From: Bacteroidota bacterium
Lineage (GTDB): Bacteria; Bacteroidota; Bacteroidia; Flavobacteriales_D; JABDKJ01
Reading direction: 5' to 3'
NCBI GenBank assembly: GCA_039028335.1
Contig: JBCCIF010000005.1
Coordinates: forward strand, 1 to 60,999
DNA length: 60,999 nucleotides
A program made the position numbers and the translations under genes. Shown here piece by piece: positions 9,581 through 19,001 of this stretch. Below the pieces are notes generated by a model. That model was not told where the DNA came from, made no database searches, and was given only the letters and a program-made list of their open reading frames with translations. Position 1 is the stretch's first letter. Each line of letters opens with the position of its first letter.

Positions 9581-10195
9581 ATGAAAAATATTCTCGCAGT
9601 AGCCCTCCTCCTTATAAGCTTTTCTATGAATGCACAAACGGAAAATGATGACCTCAACGAGCTAATTGATTGGATGACCGGATCATTTAGTAGTGCTGAT
9701 CAAGCAGCAAAGGATGAAAATTATTACGATATCGATCTTCATATGACACCCATTTGGGAAGGGATTGATGAAGAAGGTGTATATCTCTATGTTGAACAAG
9801 CTGCTGCAGAAAGTCCGAATAAACCTTATCGACAAAGAGTTTACTATATCCACGAAGTAGATTTAGATACCTACGCTTCAGAAGTTTATCTCATTCCGAA
9901 TGAAGAGAAATATATCGGAGCATGGAAGTTAAAAGATCCATTGTCTGATATAACATTTACTGATTTAACTCAAAAAGTCGGCTGCACCGTCTACTTGGAA
10001 TACGATGGCTTTGCCTCATTTGCAGGAAAAACAGACGGAAAACGTTGTCAAAGCACACTGAGAGGAGCTTCATATGCAACTTCGGAAGTCGCAGTGATGG
10101 AAGGTAAAATCAAATCATGGGATCAGGGATTTGATGACCTCGATTCCCAAGTGTGGGGAGCAACTGCAGGAGGTTATCTCTTTATCAAAGAGTAG
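9581..10195 (+). CDS. CpcT/CpeT chromophore-lyase-like protein with signal peptide
   Basis: WMTGSFSSADQA, YLYVEQA, PYRQRVY, GCTV, C-x-STLRGASYATSEV, SWDQGFD, QVWG; Sec signal MKNILAVALLLISFSMNAQ. Confidence 0.85.
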   Translation: MKNILAVALLLISFSMNAQTENDDLNELIDWMTGSFSSADQAAKDENYYDIDLHMTPIWEGIDEEGVYLYVEQAAAESPNKPYRQRVYYIHEVDLDTYASEVYLIPNEEKYIGAWKLKDPLSDITFTDLTQKVGCTVYLEYDGFASFAGKTDGKRCQSTLRGASYATSEVAVMEGKIKSWDQGFDDLDSQVWGATAGGYLFIKE

Positions 10196-10355
10196 AATCC
10201 AAGTCGAATAAAGGAGTATCGCAAAAGTCCAATTCGTCTATTCTTCAAAAGAATCTTTCGATGCAAATATCATTCATTAGCTCTCTCTTGAAATGATATA
10301 AACGAGAATGACTTAATAATGCTAAGTCTAGGTAGGGAGATGAACACCTTTTAAA

Positions 10356-10712
10356 TTACCGAGAATATCGATAATTCTTATAGTGCGCTAACGTGATCAA
10401 AATTGCACCAATAAAAGAAATGATATAAAACTCATGACCAAAAAGTATGTGGTTCACAACTACGGCTATTAAGCCAACTGAAGCCAATACAAGCGGCAAT
10501 GCTTTCTTATGCTTGCGATAAGAGGGCACCAATGAAAGCAATACAAATACAAAAGCAAGAGCCAAAATTCCAAACTCAAACCAGGGACTTTGCAAGAAAC
10601 TCAAAGAAGCTGTAGCGGCTAAACTCAGCAGAAAGGGCACAGCCGCGCAATGAATAGCGCATATGATACTTGCTCCCATTCCCAATGCATCGAGTTTCAT
10701 TTTCTTTATCAC
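10356..10712 (-). CDS. MerC domain membrane protein
   Basis: DALGMGASIICAIHCAAVP, four TM helices, AHYKN C-terminus. Confidence 0.85.
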   Translation of the reverse strand: MIKKMKLDALGMGASIICAIHCAAVPFLLSLAATASLSFLQSPWFEFGILALAFVFVLLSLVPSYRKHKKALPLVLASVGLIAVVVNHILFGHEFYIISFIGAILITLAHYKNYRYSR

Positions 10713-10740
10713 TTCACAAAATTAAACTTTTATATGAAAC

Positions 10741-10753
10741 GCAACTTTGTTGC
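10741..10753. promoter_or_regulatory. Palindrome GCAAC-ttt-GTTGC, candidate metal-regulator operator for the merC-like gene
   Basis: Perfect 5-3-5 inverted repeat 16 nt upstream of a minus-strand TAATTTTG -7 element at 10717-10724. Confidence 0.5.
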
Positions 10754-10754
10754 A

Positions 10755-11213
10755 TTAGTTTTTTTGTGATGCTCCAGGAAGGCTCTTTTCGAAAGAAAAA
10801 CGTTTGGTATAAAAATTAAAGAGAAACATGATACCCGTAACCAAAACTTTGGTAATAAAGGTATGATTGGATAAAAACTCAATGTATTCTCTCAGTGCTG
10901 AAAACAACCACTGGTTCAATAAAAAACCAATTAAAGAAAACGCAAGTGTCATCAGAAAAACCAAGTAAATATTTCGATTGGTCGAAAAAACAAATCGTTT
11001 CTGTAAGACAAAATTACTCAGCATTCCTGCAGCAACCCCAATTGAATTGGCCAATTTAAAATTGATCCCTCCCCATGCATGTGTAATTTGAATTCCGCAT
11101 ACATTGAGTAAAATAAAGGTCAATCCATAATCAATTCCTGTGGCAATACCTGAGGTGCCGGCAAATTTCAGCTTGGGAATAAGAAAAGCTTTTATACGTT
11201 CTTGGAGGTTCAT
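10755..11213 (-). CDS. GtrA family protein
   Basis: KFAGTSGIATGIDY, ANSIG, NFVLQKRFVF, NFYTKRFSF; four TM helices. Confidence 0.85.
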   Translation of the reverse strand: MNLQERIKAFLIPKLKFAGTSGIATGIDYGLTFILLNVCGIQITHAWGGINFKLANSIGVAAGMLSNFVLQKRFVFSTNRNIYLVFLMTLAFSLIGFLLNQWLFSALREYIEFLSNHTFITKVLVTGIMFLFNFYTKRFSFEKSLPGASQKN

Positions 11214-11346
11214 GAATTTCGCTTCGAAAATAAGTTTTTTGTCAATAGGACTGCAATGCTTGCAACTTTCAATAAGTATTTACTAATCAAGCTCTTATAA
11301 CAAAAAGCTCTGTCAAACGTTATGAATATAGCCCATAAAAGCAATT

Positions 11347-11763
11347 GTGAAAACTGAAATGACATATGAACAGAAGCTTGGTGTGATTTCGCTTTTGTTT
11401 GACTTAGCACAAGCAGATCTGAATGTAACAGAAAGCGAAGACGAATTCATTGAACGCGTGGCTGAATCTTTCGAAGTAAGCATTATAGATACTCAGCGCA
11501 TTCGGGATCGCGAAATTGAGATTGAATTCAATCCTCCGAAAGCCGAATGGGAGCGTATTCCTATTTTCATGCAATGCGTCATGCTCATGGTCATCGATAG
11601 AGGATTTGAAACTGAGGAAGAGAACTTTTGTAGAGAACTCGGTTTTAAATTGGGTCTTCGAGAAGAAATGGTGAACATACTCATACAAATGTGGATTGAT
11701 AGTTATCCAAAACCTGTTCCTCAAAAAGAATTGATGCAGGTCATTTCTCGTTACAGCTCCTGA
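11347..11763 (+). CDS. TerB-like domain protein
   Basis: LAQADLNVTESEDEFI and MVIDRGFETEEENF...LGL, the duplicated TerB motif. Start may be ATG 11359. Confidence 0.75.
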   Translation: MKTEMTYEQKLGVISLLFDLAQADLNVTESEDEFIERVAESFEVSIIDTQRIRDREIEIEFNPPKAEWERIPIFMQCVMLMVIDRGFETEEENFCRELGFKLGLREEMVNILIQMWIDSYPKPVPQKELMQVISRYSS

Positions 11764-11786
11764 TTATTTTTATGAAAAAATAGACT

Positions 11787-12251
11787 ATGAAATTTCATCG
11801 ACATCTTTTTTGGGTGATTAGTATAAGTTTGCTAATCGTTCAGTGTAAAAAGGACGAAGATCAGGACGACATGGAGGAGTTCAATCCGCACATTTCCTGT
11901 ATTGCAAATTCTGTAGACTTTAATACCAATCAACTCGAGATTTTTCCCGGTCAAAATGCACTTCAAATTATTGGCACTTCGGGCTCAGAGACCCTCACTC
12001 TTCAAATTGAAAATCCTCAAATCGAGGGAGCCACGGTTCTCTTAGATGGCACAACAATTAGCAGCGCAGTGTTTGAAGACTTAAACAATGGCATTCAATA
12101 CCTTTCAGACGATGGGTCACTGACCATAAGTCGATATGATACTACCACAGGAGAAATGGAAGGCTCTTTTCAATTTCACGGTATTGAGTTTTTTGGTTCG
12201 GCTGAAATCAATGTTATTAATGGGTCTTTTGCCTGTATAGTGCCCCAATAA
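11787..12251 (+). CDS. Lipoprotein (DUF6252-like)
   Basis: Lipobox LLIVQC followed by KKDED; GSLTISRYD...GSFQF...INGSF. Confidence 0.6.
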   Translation: MKFHRHLFWVISISLLIVQCKKDEDQDDMEEFNPHISCIANSVDFNTNQLEIFPGQNALQIIGTSGSETLTLQIENPQIEGATVLLDGTTISSAVFEDLNNGIQYLSDDGSLTISRYDTTTGEMEGSFQFHGIEFFGSAEINVINGSFACIVPQ

Positions 12252-12252
12252 A

Positions 12253-13089
12253 TTAAAATTGCAAAGCCTGATTAAAAGCCTGCCAAGCTTTTTCTCGATT
12301 TATTTCTCTTCCCGTCCAAATTTCAAATGAACTACAACCTTGATGAAAGAGAATTTCTAAACCGCTGATATATTTACAATTGGACTGAATAGCGGTATTT
12401 AAAAACATCGTATTCTGAGGAGTATAAATCGATTCTATGGCCCACTTGGCTTCCTTAATCAGCCGAATATCGAAAGGCATTTCTAAACTCTCGCCCATGC
12501 CTATAGGGGTGGCATTCATAAGACCATCGACATAGGTATTGGCCGAATACAATATTCTTTGATCTATTGCATTGGCTTCAATTCCAAAGTCACTCAATTC
12601 ATCTGCGAGTTCGATAGCTTTTTCAAATGTTCTATTAACAACAAACACCTCTAATTCATCGACTTCACCCAAAGCATATGCCGCAGCTTTGGCAAAACCT
12701 CCTGCTCCAGCAATCAAGAATTGATCTCCCGGTTTAAAGGGCCCTAGCTTTTCTTTTATTAAGCGCTTCAAAGCAAAAAAATCTGTGTTATAACCTTGAA
12801 TTTTTTGCTCTTGAAGGTTCAGGGTATTGACAGCACCAATTTTTGAAACTTCTATTGATGTTTCCTCAAGAAATGAGCGCATTTCAAGCTTTAATGGAAT
12901 GGTGACGTTTAACCCGTCATAGCGATTGTCAAGACAATAATCCATATAGGATTGACCATCCTTCAAGTCTATTGTAGCGAAATCAATCAAATCGTACGAA
13001 ATGTCAATTTCCGACAATTGCCCCAAAGTCCGGTGCAACAGTGGTGATAGCGAATAACCAATATTTTTACCCAGTAAGCCGAGTTTCAT
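12253..13089 (-). CDS. aroE: Shikimate dehydrogenase
   Basis: GLLGKNIGYSLSP, NVTIPLK, GAVNT, NTD, GAGG, NATPIGM. Start trimmed to ATG 13089 because the ORF-track extension overlaps the divergent gene. Confidence 0.9.
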   Translation of the reverse strand: MKLGLLGKNIGYSLSPLLHRTLGQLSEIDISYDLIDFATIDLKDGQSYMDYCLDNRYDGLNVTIPLKLEMRSFLEETSIEVSKIGAVNTLNLQEQKIQGYNTDFFALKRLIKEKLGPFKPGDQFLIAGAGGFAKAAAYALGEVDELEVFVVNRTFEKAIELADELSDFGIEANAIDQRILYSANTYVDGLMNATPIGMGESLEMPFDIRLIKEAKWAIESIYTPQNTMFLNTAIQSNCKYISGLEILFHQGCSSFEIWTGREINREKAWQAFNQALQF

Positions 13090-13159
13090 ACTTGGTTCAA
13101 ATATCACAAATTTCACGGTAGAATAATTCAAAAGAGTAAATTCGCGCCATTGTATTATC

Positions 13160-13534
13160 ATGAAAGCATTTGAAAAAATATTTCCTATTGCAACAGCAGT
13201 GATTATCGTCCTTTTGGTCGTATACTTTTCACCTACAGACCTCACTGGAAGATACAATCATAAAAAAGCGATGTCTGCTTTGGACAGCAATGGCGATCAA
13301 CAATTAGACAATAGTGAGATTGAAAATTTGGATATTTTTCTAAATAAGCTAGACATGACTAGCGAAGGGATTTCACTAAATTCACTAGACATTGAACATC
13401 GAGACTTAATAAAAGTTATAGATACAGACCATAATGGATTATTGAGTGAATCAGAAATGAAGAATGCCAAAGCACATTTAATTAGTTTGGATAAAGATGG
13501 GGATCAATTGATCTCATTGAAAGAATTAAAATGA
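13160..13534 (+). CDS. Membrane-anchored EF-hand protein
   Basis: N-terminal TM and three EF loops: DSNGDQQLDNSE, DTDHNGLLSESE, DKDGDQLISLKE. Confidence 0.75.
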   Translation: MKAFEKIFPIATAVIIVLLVVYFSPTDLTGRYNHKKAMSALDSNGDQQLDNSEIENLDIFLNKLDMTSEGISLNSLDIEHRDLIKVIDTDHNGLLSESEMKNAKAHLISLDKDGDQLISLKELK

Positions 13535-14310
13535 ATCTAGATTTAAGTCAAAAAAAAGCATTGGTCTGCGGTTCGACCGCTGGAATCGGCTTAGCGGTAG
13601 CACAATCCTTGGCACAATTAAATTGCCAGGTTACACTTGTTGCCCGGAATGAAGAAAAACTGAAATTGGCCTTAGGTCAATTAGATGGAAATGGGCACGA
13701 CTATCTCGTTGCAGATTTTTCTAAACCAGAGGAATTGAAAACGAAAATTTTAGCGCATACTTCTGCGAGAAATACCTATCACATTTTAATCAATAATACG
13801 GGAGGTCCTCCGGGAGGACCAGCAGCTGAAGCTAAAGAGGAAGAATTTATGGATGCCTTTCAAATGCATCTGATGTGCAATCACATTCTTGCTCAAGCTT
13901 TGATTCCCGGGATGAAAGCAGAAAAGTATGGTCGCATTGTCAATATTATTTCGACTTCTGTAAAGCAGCCCATTGCAGGCTTGGGAGTTTCCAATACCAT
14001 TAGAGGAGCTGTTGCCAATTGGTCAAAAACGCTCTCTTCTGAATTAGCACCATTTGGCATTACTGTAAATAATGTCCTACCCGGTGCGACCAATACAGGA
14101 CGCTTGAATGAAATTGCGGCAAATCGAGCTATGCGAAGTGGAAAAAGTAAAGAAGAAGAATTTCAGGCCTTTGCCGATGCGACTCCAATGAAAAGAGTTG
14201 GCGAACCATGGGAAATCGCTGCAGGAGTAGCTTTTTTAGCTAGCCCTTCAGCAGCTTTTATATCGGGCATTAATCTCCCAATTGATGGGGGAAGAACAAA
14301 AAGTTTATGA
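13531..14310 (+). CDS. SDR family oxidoreductase
   Basis: CGSTAGIG, NNTGGP, SNTIR (atypical catalytic motif), NNVLPG, IDGG. Confidence 0.92.
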   Translation: MNLDLSQKKALVCGSTAGIGLAVAQSLAQLNCQVTLVARNEEKLKLALGQLDGNGHDYLVADFSKPEELKTKILAHTSARNTYHILINNTGGPPGGPAAEAKEEEFMDAFQMHLMCNHILAQALIPGMKAEKYGRIVNIISTSVKQPIAGLGVSNTIRGAVANWSKTLSSELAPFGITVNNVLPGATNTGRLNEIAANRAMRSGKSKEEEFQAFADATPMKRVGEPWEIAAGVAFLASPSAAFISGINLPIDGGRTKSL

Positions 14311-14834
14311 AAAAAATATTAGTCATAGGAGCAAGCAATAGCCCTTCTTCAATTAATAAGCAATTGGCTGTTTGGGCAGCCGAACAAATTCAAGATGCTG
14401 AATTAACTATTCTTGACTTGAATGATTTTGAATTACCCCTTTATCACCCTCAAAGGCATAAAGAAGGAATTCCTGAATTAGCTCAGGCATTTTACAATCA
14501 TATAAGTGACTGTGATGGTGTTGTTATATCCTTTGCGGAGCACAATGGCTCCTACACGGCCGCTTTTAAAAATATCTATGATTGGGCCTCGGTTATCAAC
14601 TCAAAGACCTGGCAAGAAAAACCCCTCTTTTTAATGGCTACTTCACCAGGTGGTAGAGGAGGAATCTCAGTATTGGATGCCGCTGCAGCGCGTTTCCCAC
14701 ATATGGGTGGACAGGTCTTGGCTACTTTTTCATTGCCTTCATTTGGTCAAAATTTTGACGATGGCATTTCAAATGATGAATTGCTGATGAAATTTAAGGA
14801 TGCCTTAGATACTTTTGCTGAAGGTATAGGCTGA
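14307..14834 (+). CDS. NADPH-dependent FMN reductase
   Basis: ASNSPSSINKQL, AEHNGSYTAAFKN, TSPGGRGG. Confidence 0.9.
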   Translation: MKKILVIGASNSPSSINKQLAVWAAEQIQDAELTILDLNDFELPLYHPQRHKEGIPELAQAFYNHISDCDGVVISFAEHNGSYTAAFKNIYDWASVINSKTWQEKPLFLMATSPGGRGGISVLDAAAARFPHMGGQVLATFSLPSFGQNFDDGISNDELLMKFKDALDTFAEGIG

Positions 14835-15104
14835 AAAAATCGGTTTTTATCCTATTTGACATTTATCTGTGTAGAATGGAACTTTTTTTGTGAACTAATT
14901 AACTATGCTTTAAGAAGAATCTTCTCTTTAAAGATGAGCTAAAAGTCGAAAAAAATCGAATTACATCAAACAAGAAGTATCGCCACTAATTTGAAACACA
15001 AATCTAGAACATTAATTGCACTTTAAATTTAAGATACTGGAATCATTTCTACCAAAAATCCTTAATTAGACATCTATTATAAGTCGATAAATTAATATCT
15101 TGTT

Positions 15105-18100
15105 GTGCGACTAATGACAAAATCGATGAAATACTTGTATATACAATATTTTTTAGTTTTCGCGCAATTTTTTTTTAGCCAGACTGTTCAATGTCAACAA
15201 AATTGGATTGAAAATGAATTGACTTCATCAACTTGGCGAGCTCGGTTTGTGCATACGGCTGATCTAGATGATGATGGGTTTCTTGACGTTCTATCCGCCT
15301 CTTTTAATGATGATAAGATTGCATGGTATAAAAATCTCGGGGGAGGCTTCTTCGAACCTCAACAAATAATAAGTACTGAAGCTGATGGTGCAACTAAGGT
15401 TTATAGTGCTGATCTAGATGGCGATGGAGATATTGATGTATTGTCCTCCTCTCAGAATGATAACAAGATTGCATGGTACCAAAATCTTGGAGGAGGTGTC
15501 TTCGAGTCTCAACAAATTATTAGCACTGAAGCTGATGGTGCAACTATGGTTCACACTGCCGATTTAGATGGAGACGGAGATATTGATGTATTGTCCTCCT
15601 CTCAGAATGATAACAAAATTGCTTGGTATGAGAATCTAGGTGGGGCAATATTTGGCAACCAAAGTATTATAAGTTCTGAATTAACTGGCCCGAGTGCAGT
15701 TTACACAGCAGATCTAGATGGTGATGGAATGATAGATGTGATTTCAGCTTCTGCCGATGATGATAAGATCGCGTGGTACAAAAATCTGGGTGCTGGCGTT
15801 TTTGGGCCTCAAGAAGTGATTAGTATACAGGCCAATAGCGCTCAATCGGTCTTTGCGGCCGATTTAGATAATGATGGAGACTTGGATGTTCTTTCAGCTT
15901 CATGGTATGATGACAAAATTGCATGGTATGAAAATCTTGGAGGGTTTTTCGGAGCACAAGTGATCATTAATACTGAAGCGAATGGCGCTCGATCTGTTTT
16001 TGCGAACGATCTAGATGGAGATGGAGACATAGACATTCTTTCAGCATCTGATGGTGATCACAAAATTGCATGGTACGAAAATCTCGGAGGTTTTTTCGGG
16101 GGTGAGGAAATCATTAGTTTAGATGCAATTGGAGTAAGGTCAATTCACATAGCAGACCTTGACAACGATGGAAGCTTGGATATACTTTCAGCACATGCCG
16201 GTGATGATAAAATTGCATGGTACAAAAACCAAGGTGGAGGTTTCTTTGGTGCACAAAATATCTTGAATGTAAAAGCTGATCGTGCATATTGTGTATTTTC
16301 AGCTGATTTGGATGGAGACGGAGATCAGGACGTGCTTTCAGCATCTGATAAAGATCACAAAATTGCATGGTATGAAAATCTTGGCAATGGTCATTTTGAG
16401 GTACAACAAATAATTAATCAAACAAATCCATCAACTTGGGTATACACGAGCGATCTTGACGGGGATGGAGACCAAGACATTCTATCAACTTCTTGGAACA
16501 ACGTTACATGGACCGAAAATTTAGGCGGTGGATTATTTGGTGCGGAAGTATTAATAAGTTCAGAGGTTGATTTAGCAAAATCTGTTCATGCTGCCGATTT
16601 AGATGGAGATGGAGATCAAGATGTTCTTTCAGCTTCTATAGATGATGATAAGATTGCATGGTATGAAAATCTTGGCGCGGGTGTTTTCGGAACTCAGCAA
16701 ATTATAAGCGCTCAAGCTGATGGTGCATATTCTGTATTTTCAGCTGATTTGGATGGAGATGGAGACAACGATGTTCTTTCGGCTTCATGGCTTGATGACA
16801 AGATTGCATGGTATGAAAATCTTGGAGGATTTTTTGGGGCAGAAGAAATTATTAGTATTCAAGCCGATGCAGCAAGATCTGTGTATGCAGCGGATTTGGA
16901 CGATGATGGAGATCTTGATGTACTTTCAGCATCTCTAAATGATAACAAGGTAGCCTGGTATGAGAATCTTGATGGTGAATTTGGAGAAGAAATAATTATA
17001 AGTACACATATTGTTGATCCTATATTAAGTGCAGATCTTTCTTATCCTACATCAATATATGCTGCAGATCTTGATGGAGACGGAGACCTTGATGTTCTTA
17101 CTGCATCTTCTGCAGATGACAATATAACTTGGTATGAAAATATGGACAATGGTCTTTTTGACTCATATGAATTAATAAATACTCAAGCTCATGGAGCTAA
17201 ATCTGTTCACGCTGCCGATTTGGATGGAGATGGTGATTATGATGTACTTTCAGCTTCTGGATTATCGGATAAAATTGCCTGGTATACTAATGCTTTGAAC
17301 GAGGGCTGCACCGACCCTATGGCATGTAACTATAATCCTGATTTCTCGATTGAAAATGGCACTTGTTGTTACGGTATCTGTGGTTGTACTGATCCTTTTG
17401 CTGAAAACTATAATGAACAAGCTACTTGCGATGATTTTAGTTGTACGTATTCACTAAGTGGTTTAGTCTATTTTGATCAAGATGAAAATGGTGAATATAA
17501 TGGTGTTGATTATGGATTACCTTTTCAAGAAGTCTCAATTGAACCTTTAGGTCTAATTGGAACAACAAATAATTTAGGAGAATTCTTCTTTGAAGAAATC
17601 GCTATTGGCAATTATAGTATTTCGGTTTCTGAAAATGCTATTTTTCCATTTTATACGACATCAAATCTATTACCATTAAGCATAAATGGCATAGATACTT
17701 CAAATTTTGAATTCGGATTATCTAATGAATTGCCTTTGTATGAAATTGATGTAAACCTATATTCGGATGGAGTTGGTTATCCGTGCGATCAATTGAATAA
17801 CCACAATATCATGTTTCGAAATTTGGGAAATTTGCCCATCGATGGAGTAGTCGAATTAGAATATGACATACTTTTTCAAAGCTATAGCGAAGTTACACCA
17901 ATCGATTCTGTAGAAAACAACAAAATATGGATGAGTTTTGAAAATCTTCTTCCAGGCGAGATGTTTTGTTATGATGTAAAACTTCAAACGCCAACAGTCG
18001 ACTTTTTTGGAGAGTTCTTGAATAGTATTGCTCGTGTTTGGGGCTTCTATGCTGGAGATACTGTTGCATATGGAGAAGATAGTATTGAAATGGAAGTGAC

Positions 18101-19001
18101 TTGTGCATATGACCCAAATGACAAACAAGTTTTTCCTATTGGTTATAGCGATTTACATTATATCCATAATGATACTACTCTTGAGTATCTTATTCGGTTC
18201 CAAAATACAGGGAATGCTCCAGCAACCGATGTACGAATCATTGACACTCTTGACATAAATTTCGATATCTCGACATTTGAGCTAGTTGCCAATTCACATT
18301 CAGTCTTCACAACTGTTGATCTAAACTCGCGGATTGTCGACTTTTATTTCCAAGATATTCAATTACCTGATTCAGTAAACAACGAACCTGAAAGTCATGG
18401 TCTCGTTTCTTTTAAAATTGCCCCCTTAAATGATCTACCACTACTAACAGAACTAAATAATTCTGTTGGAATATATTTTGACAACAATCCTCCAATTTTC
18501 ACCAATACTACATGGAGCACTATTTATGATTGCTCGCTTTTCGAAGTAAGTATTTCGAACAACACCCCTTTATTGATAGCTAGCGAAGGAGACTCTTATC
18601 AATGGTATGTCGATGGACAGGCCATTGCAGGGGCCATTGAGCAAGAATATGAGGTTTTGCAGGATGGAAATTACAGCGTCCAAGTTGGGATTGATTTTCC
18701 TTGTAATGCGCAAAGCGCTTCCGTATTTATATCCATTAATTCGATCGACCAATTCTCAACAAGCCCTTTGAGCTTATTCCCCAATCCAATGACTCAAAGC
18801 GCGTTCCTGAATCTTGAAAAGAGAACAGGAAACTTTTTATTGGAAATCTTCGATATGAAAGGAACATTAATAAGGAAAGAAACTGCGGGACTTAATCATG
18901 GAAATTTTGAAATTAAAAGAAAAACCCTATTTCCAGGGCAATATCTATTGCGTCTAACTAATGATGCAGAAAGTTGGGAATTGATTTTTATAGTCGATTA
19001 A
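15105..19001 (+). CDS. FG-GAP/VCBS repeat T9SS-secreted surface protein
   Basis: 14 DLDGDGDxD...KIAWYEN repeats, two GCTDPxAxNYN repeats, SdrD-B-like region, AYDPNDK...YLIRFQNTG domain, and CTD FPNP...IFDMKG...GQYLL. Start probably ATG 15114 or 15126. Confidence 0.9.
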   Translation: MRLMTKSMKYLYIQYFLVFAQFFFSQTVQCQQNWIENELTSSTWRARFVHTADLDDDGFLDVLSASFNDDKIAWYKNLGGGFFEPQQIISTEADGATKVYSADLDGDGDIDVLSSSQNDNKIAWYQNLGGGVFESQQIISTEADGATMVHTADLDGDGDIDVLSSSQNDNKIAWYENLGGAIFGNQSIISSELTGPSAVYTADLDGDGMIDVISASADDDKIAWYKNLGAGVFGPQEVISIQANSAQSVFAADLDNDGDLDVLSASWYDDKIAWYENLGGFFGAQVIINTEANGARSVFANDLDGDGDIDILSASDGDHKIAWYENLGGFFGGEEIISLDAIGVRSIHIADLDNDGSLDILSAHAGDDKIAWYKNQGGGFFGAQNILNVKADRAYCVFSADLDGDGDQDVLSASDKDHKIAWYENLGNGHFEVQQIINQTNPSTWVYTSDLDGDGDQDILSTSWNNVTWTENLGGGLFGAEVLISSEVDLAKSVHAADLDGDGDQDVLSASIDDDKIAWYENLGAGVFGTQQIISAQADGAYSVFSADLDGDGDNDVLSASWLDDKIAWYENLGGFFGAEEIISIQADAARSVYAADLDDDGDLDVLSASLNDNKVAWYENLDGEFGEEIIISTHIVDPILSADLSYPTSIYAADLDGDGDLDVLTASSADDNITWYENMDNGLFDSYELINTQAHGAKSVHAADLDGDGDYDVLSASGLSDKIAWYTNALNEGCTDPMACNYNPDFSIENGTCCYGICGCTDPFAENYNEQATCDDFSCTYSLSGLVYFDQDENGEYNGVDYGLPFQEVSIEPLGLIGTTNNLGEFFFEEIAIGNYSISVSENAIFPFYTTSNLLPLSINGIDTSNFEFGLSNELPLYEIDVNLYSDGVGYPCDQLNNHNIMFRNLGNLPIDGVVELEYDILFQSYSEVTPIDSVENNKIWMSFENLLPGEMFCYDVKLQTPTVDFFGEFLNSIARVWGFYAGDTVAYGEDSIEMEVTCAYDPNDKQVFPIGYSDLHYIHNDTTLEYLIRFQNTGNAPATDVRIIDTLDINFDISTFELVANSHSVFTTVDLNSRIVDFYFQDIQLPDSVNNEPESHGLVSFKIAPLNDLPLLTELNNSVGIYFDNNPPIFTNTTWSTIYDCSLFEVSISNNTPLLIASEGDSYQWYVDGQAIAGAIEQEYEVLQDGNYSVQVGIDFPCNAQSASVFISINSIDQFSTSPLSLFPNPMTQSAFLNLEKRTGNFLLEIFDMKGTLIRKETAGLNHGNFEIKRKTLFPGQYLLRLTNDAESWELIFIVD
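15230..17300 (+). repeat. Intragenic ~147-bp tandem repeats (14 FG-GAP units)
   Basis: Recurrent gat(c/t)tagatggagatggaga...aa(g/a)attgcatggta; units 2 and 3 are near-identical at the DNA level. Confidence 0.85.

Noticed and set aside
10356-11763. Mercury/tellurite resistance island (MerC, TerB)
   Set aside because: Isolated domain proteins with no mer or ter operon and no mobility genes.
13090-13257. 56-aa N-terminal extension of AroE in the ORF track
   Set aside because: It overlaps the divergent EF-hand gene; the AroE fold starts at ATG 13089.
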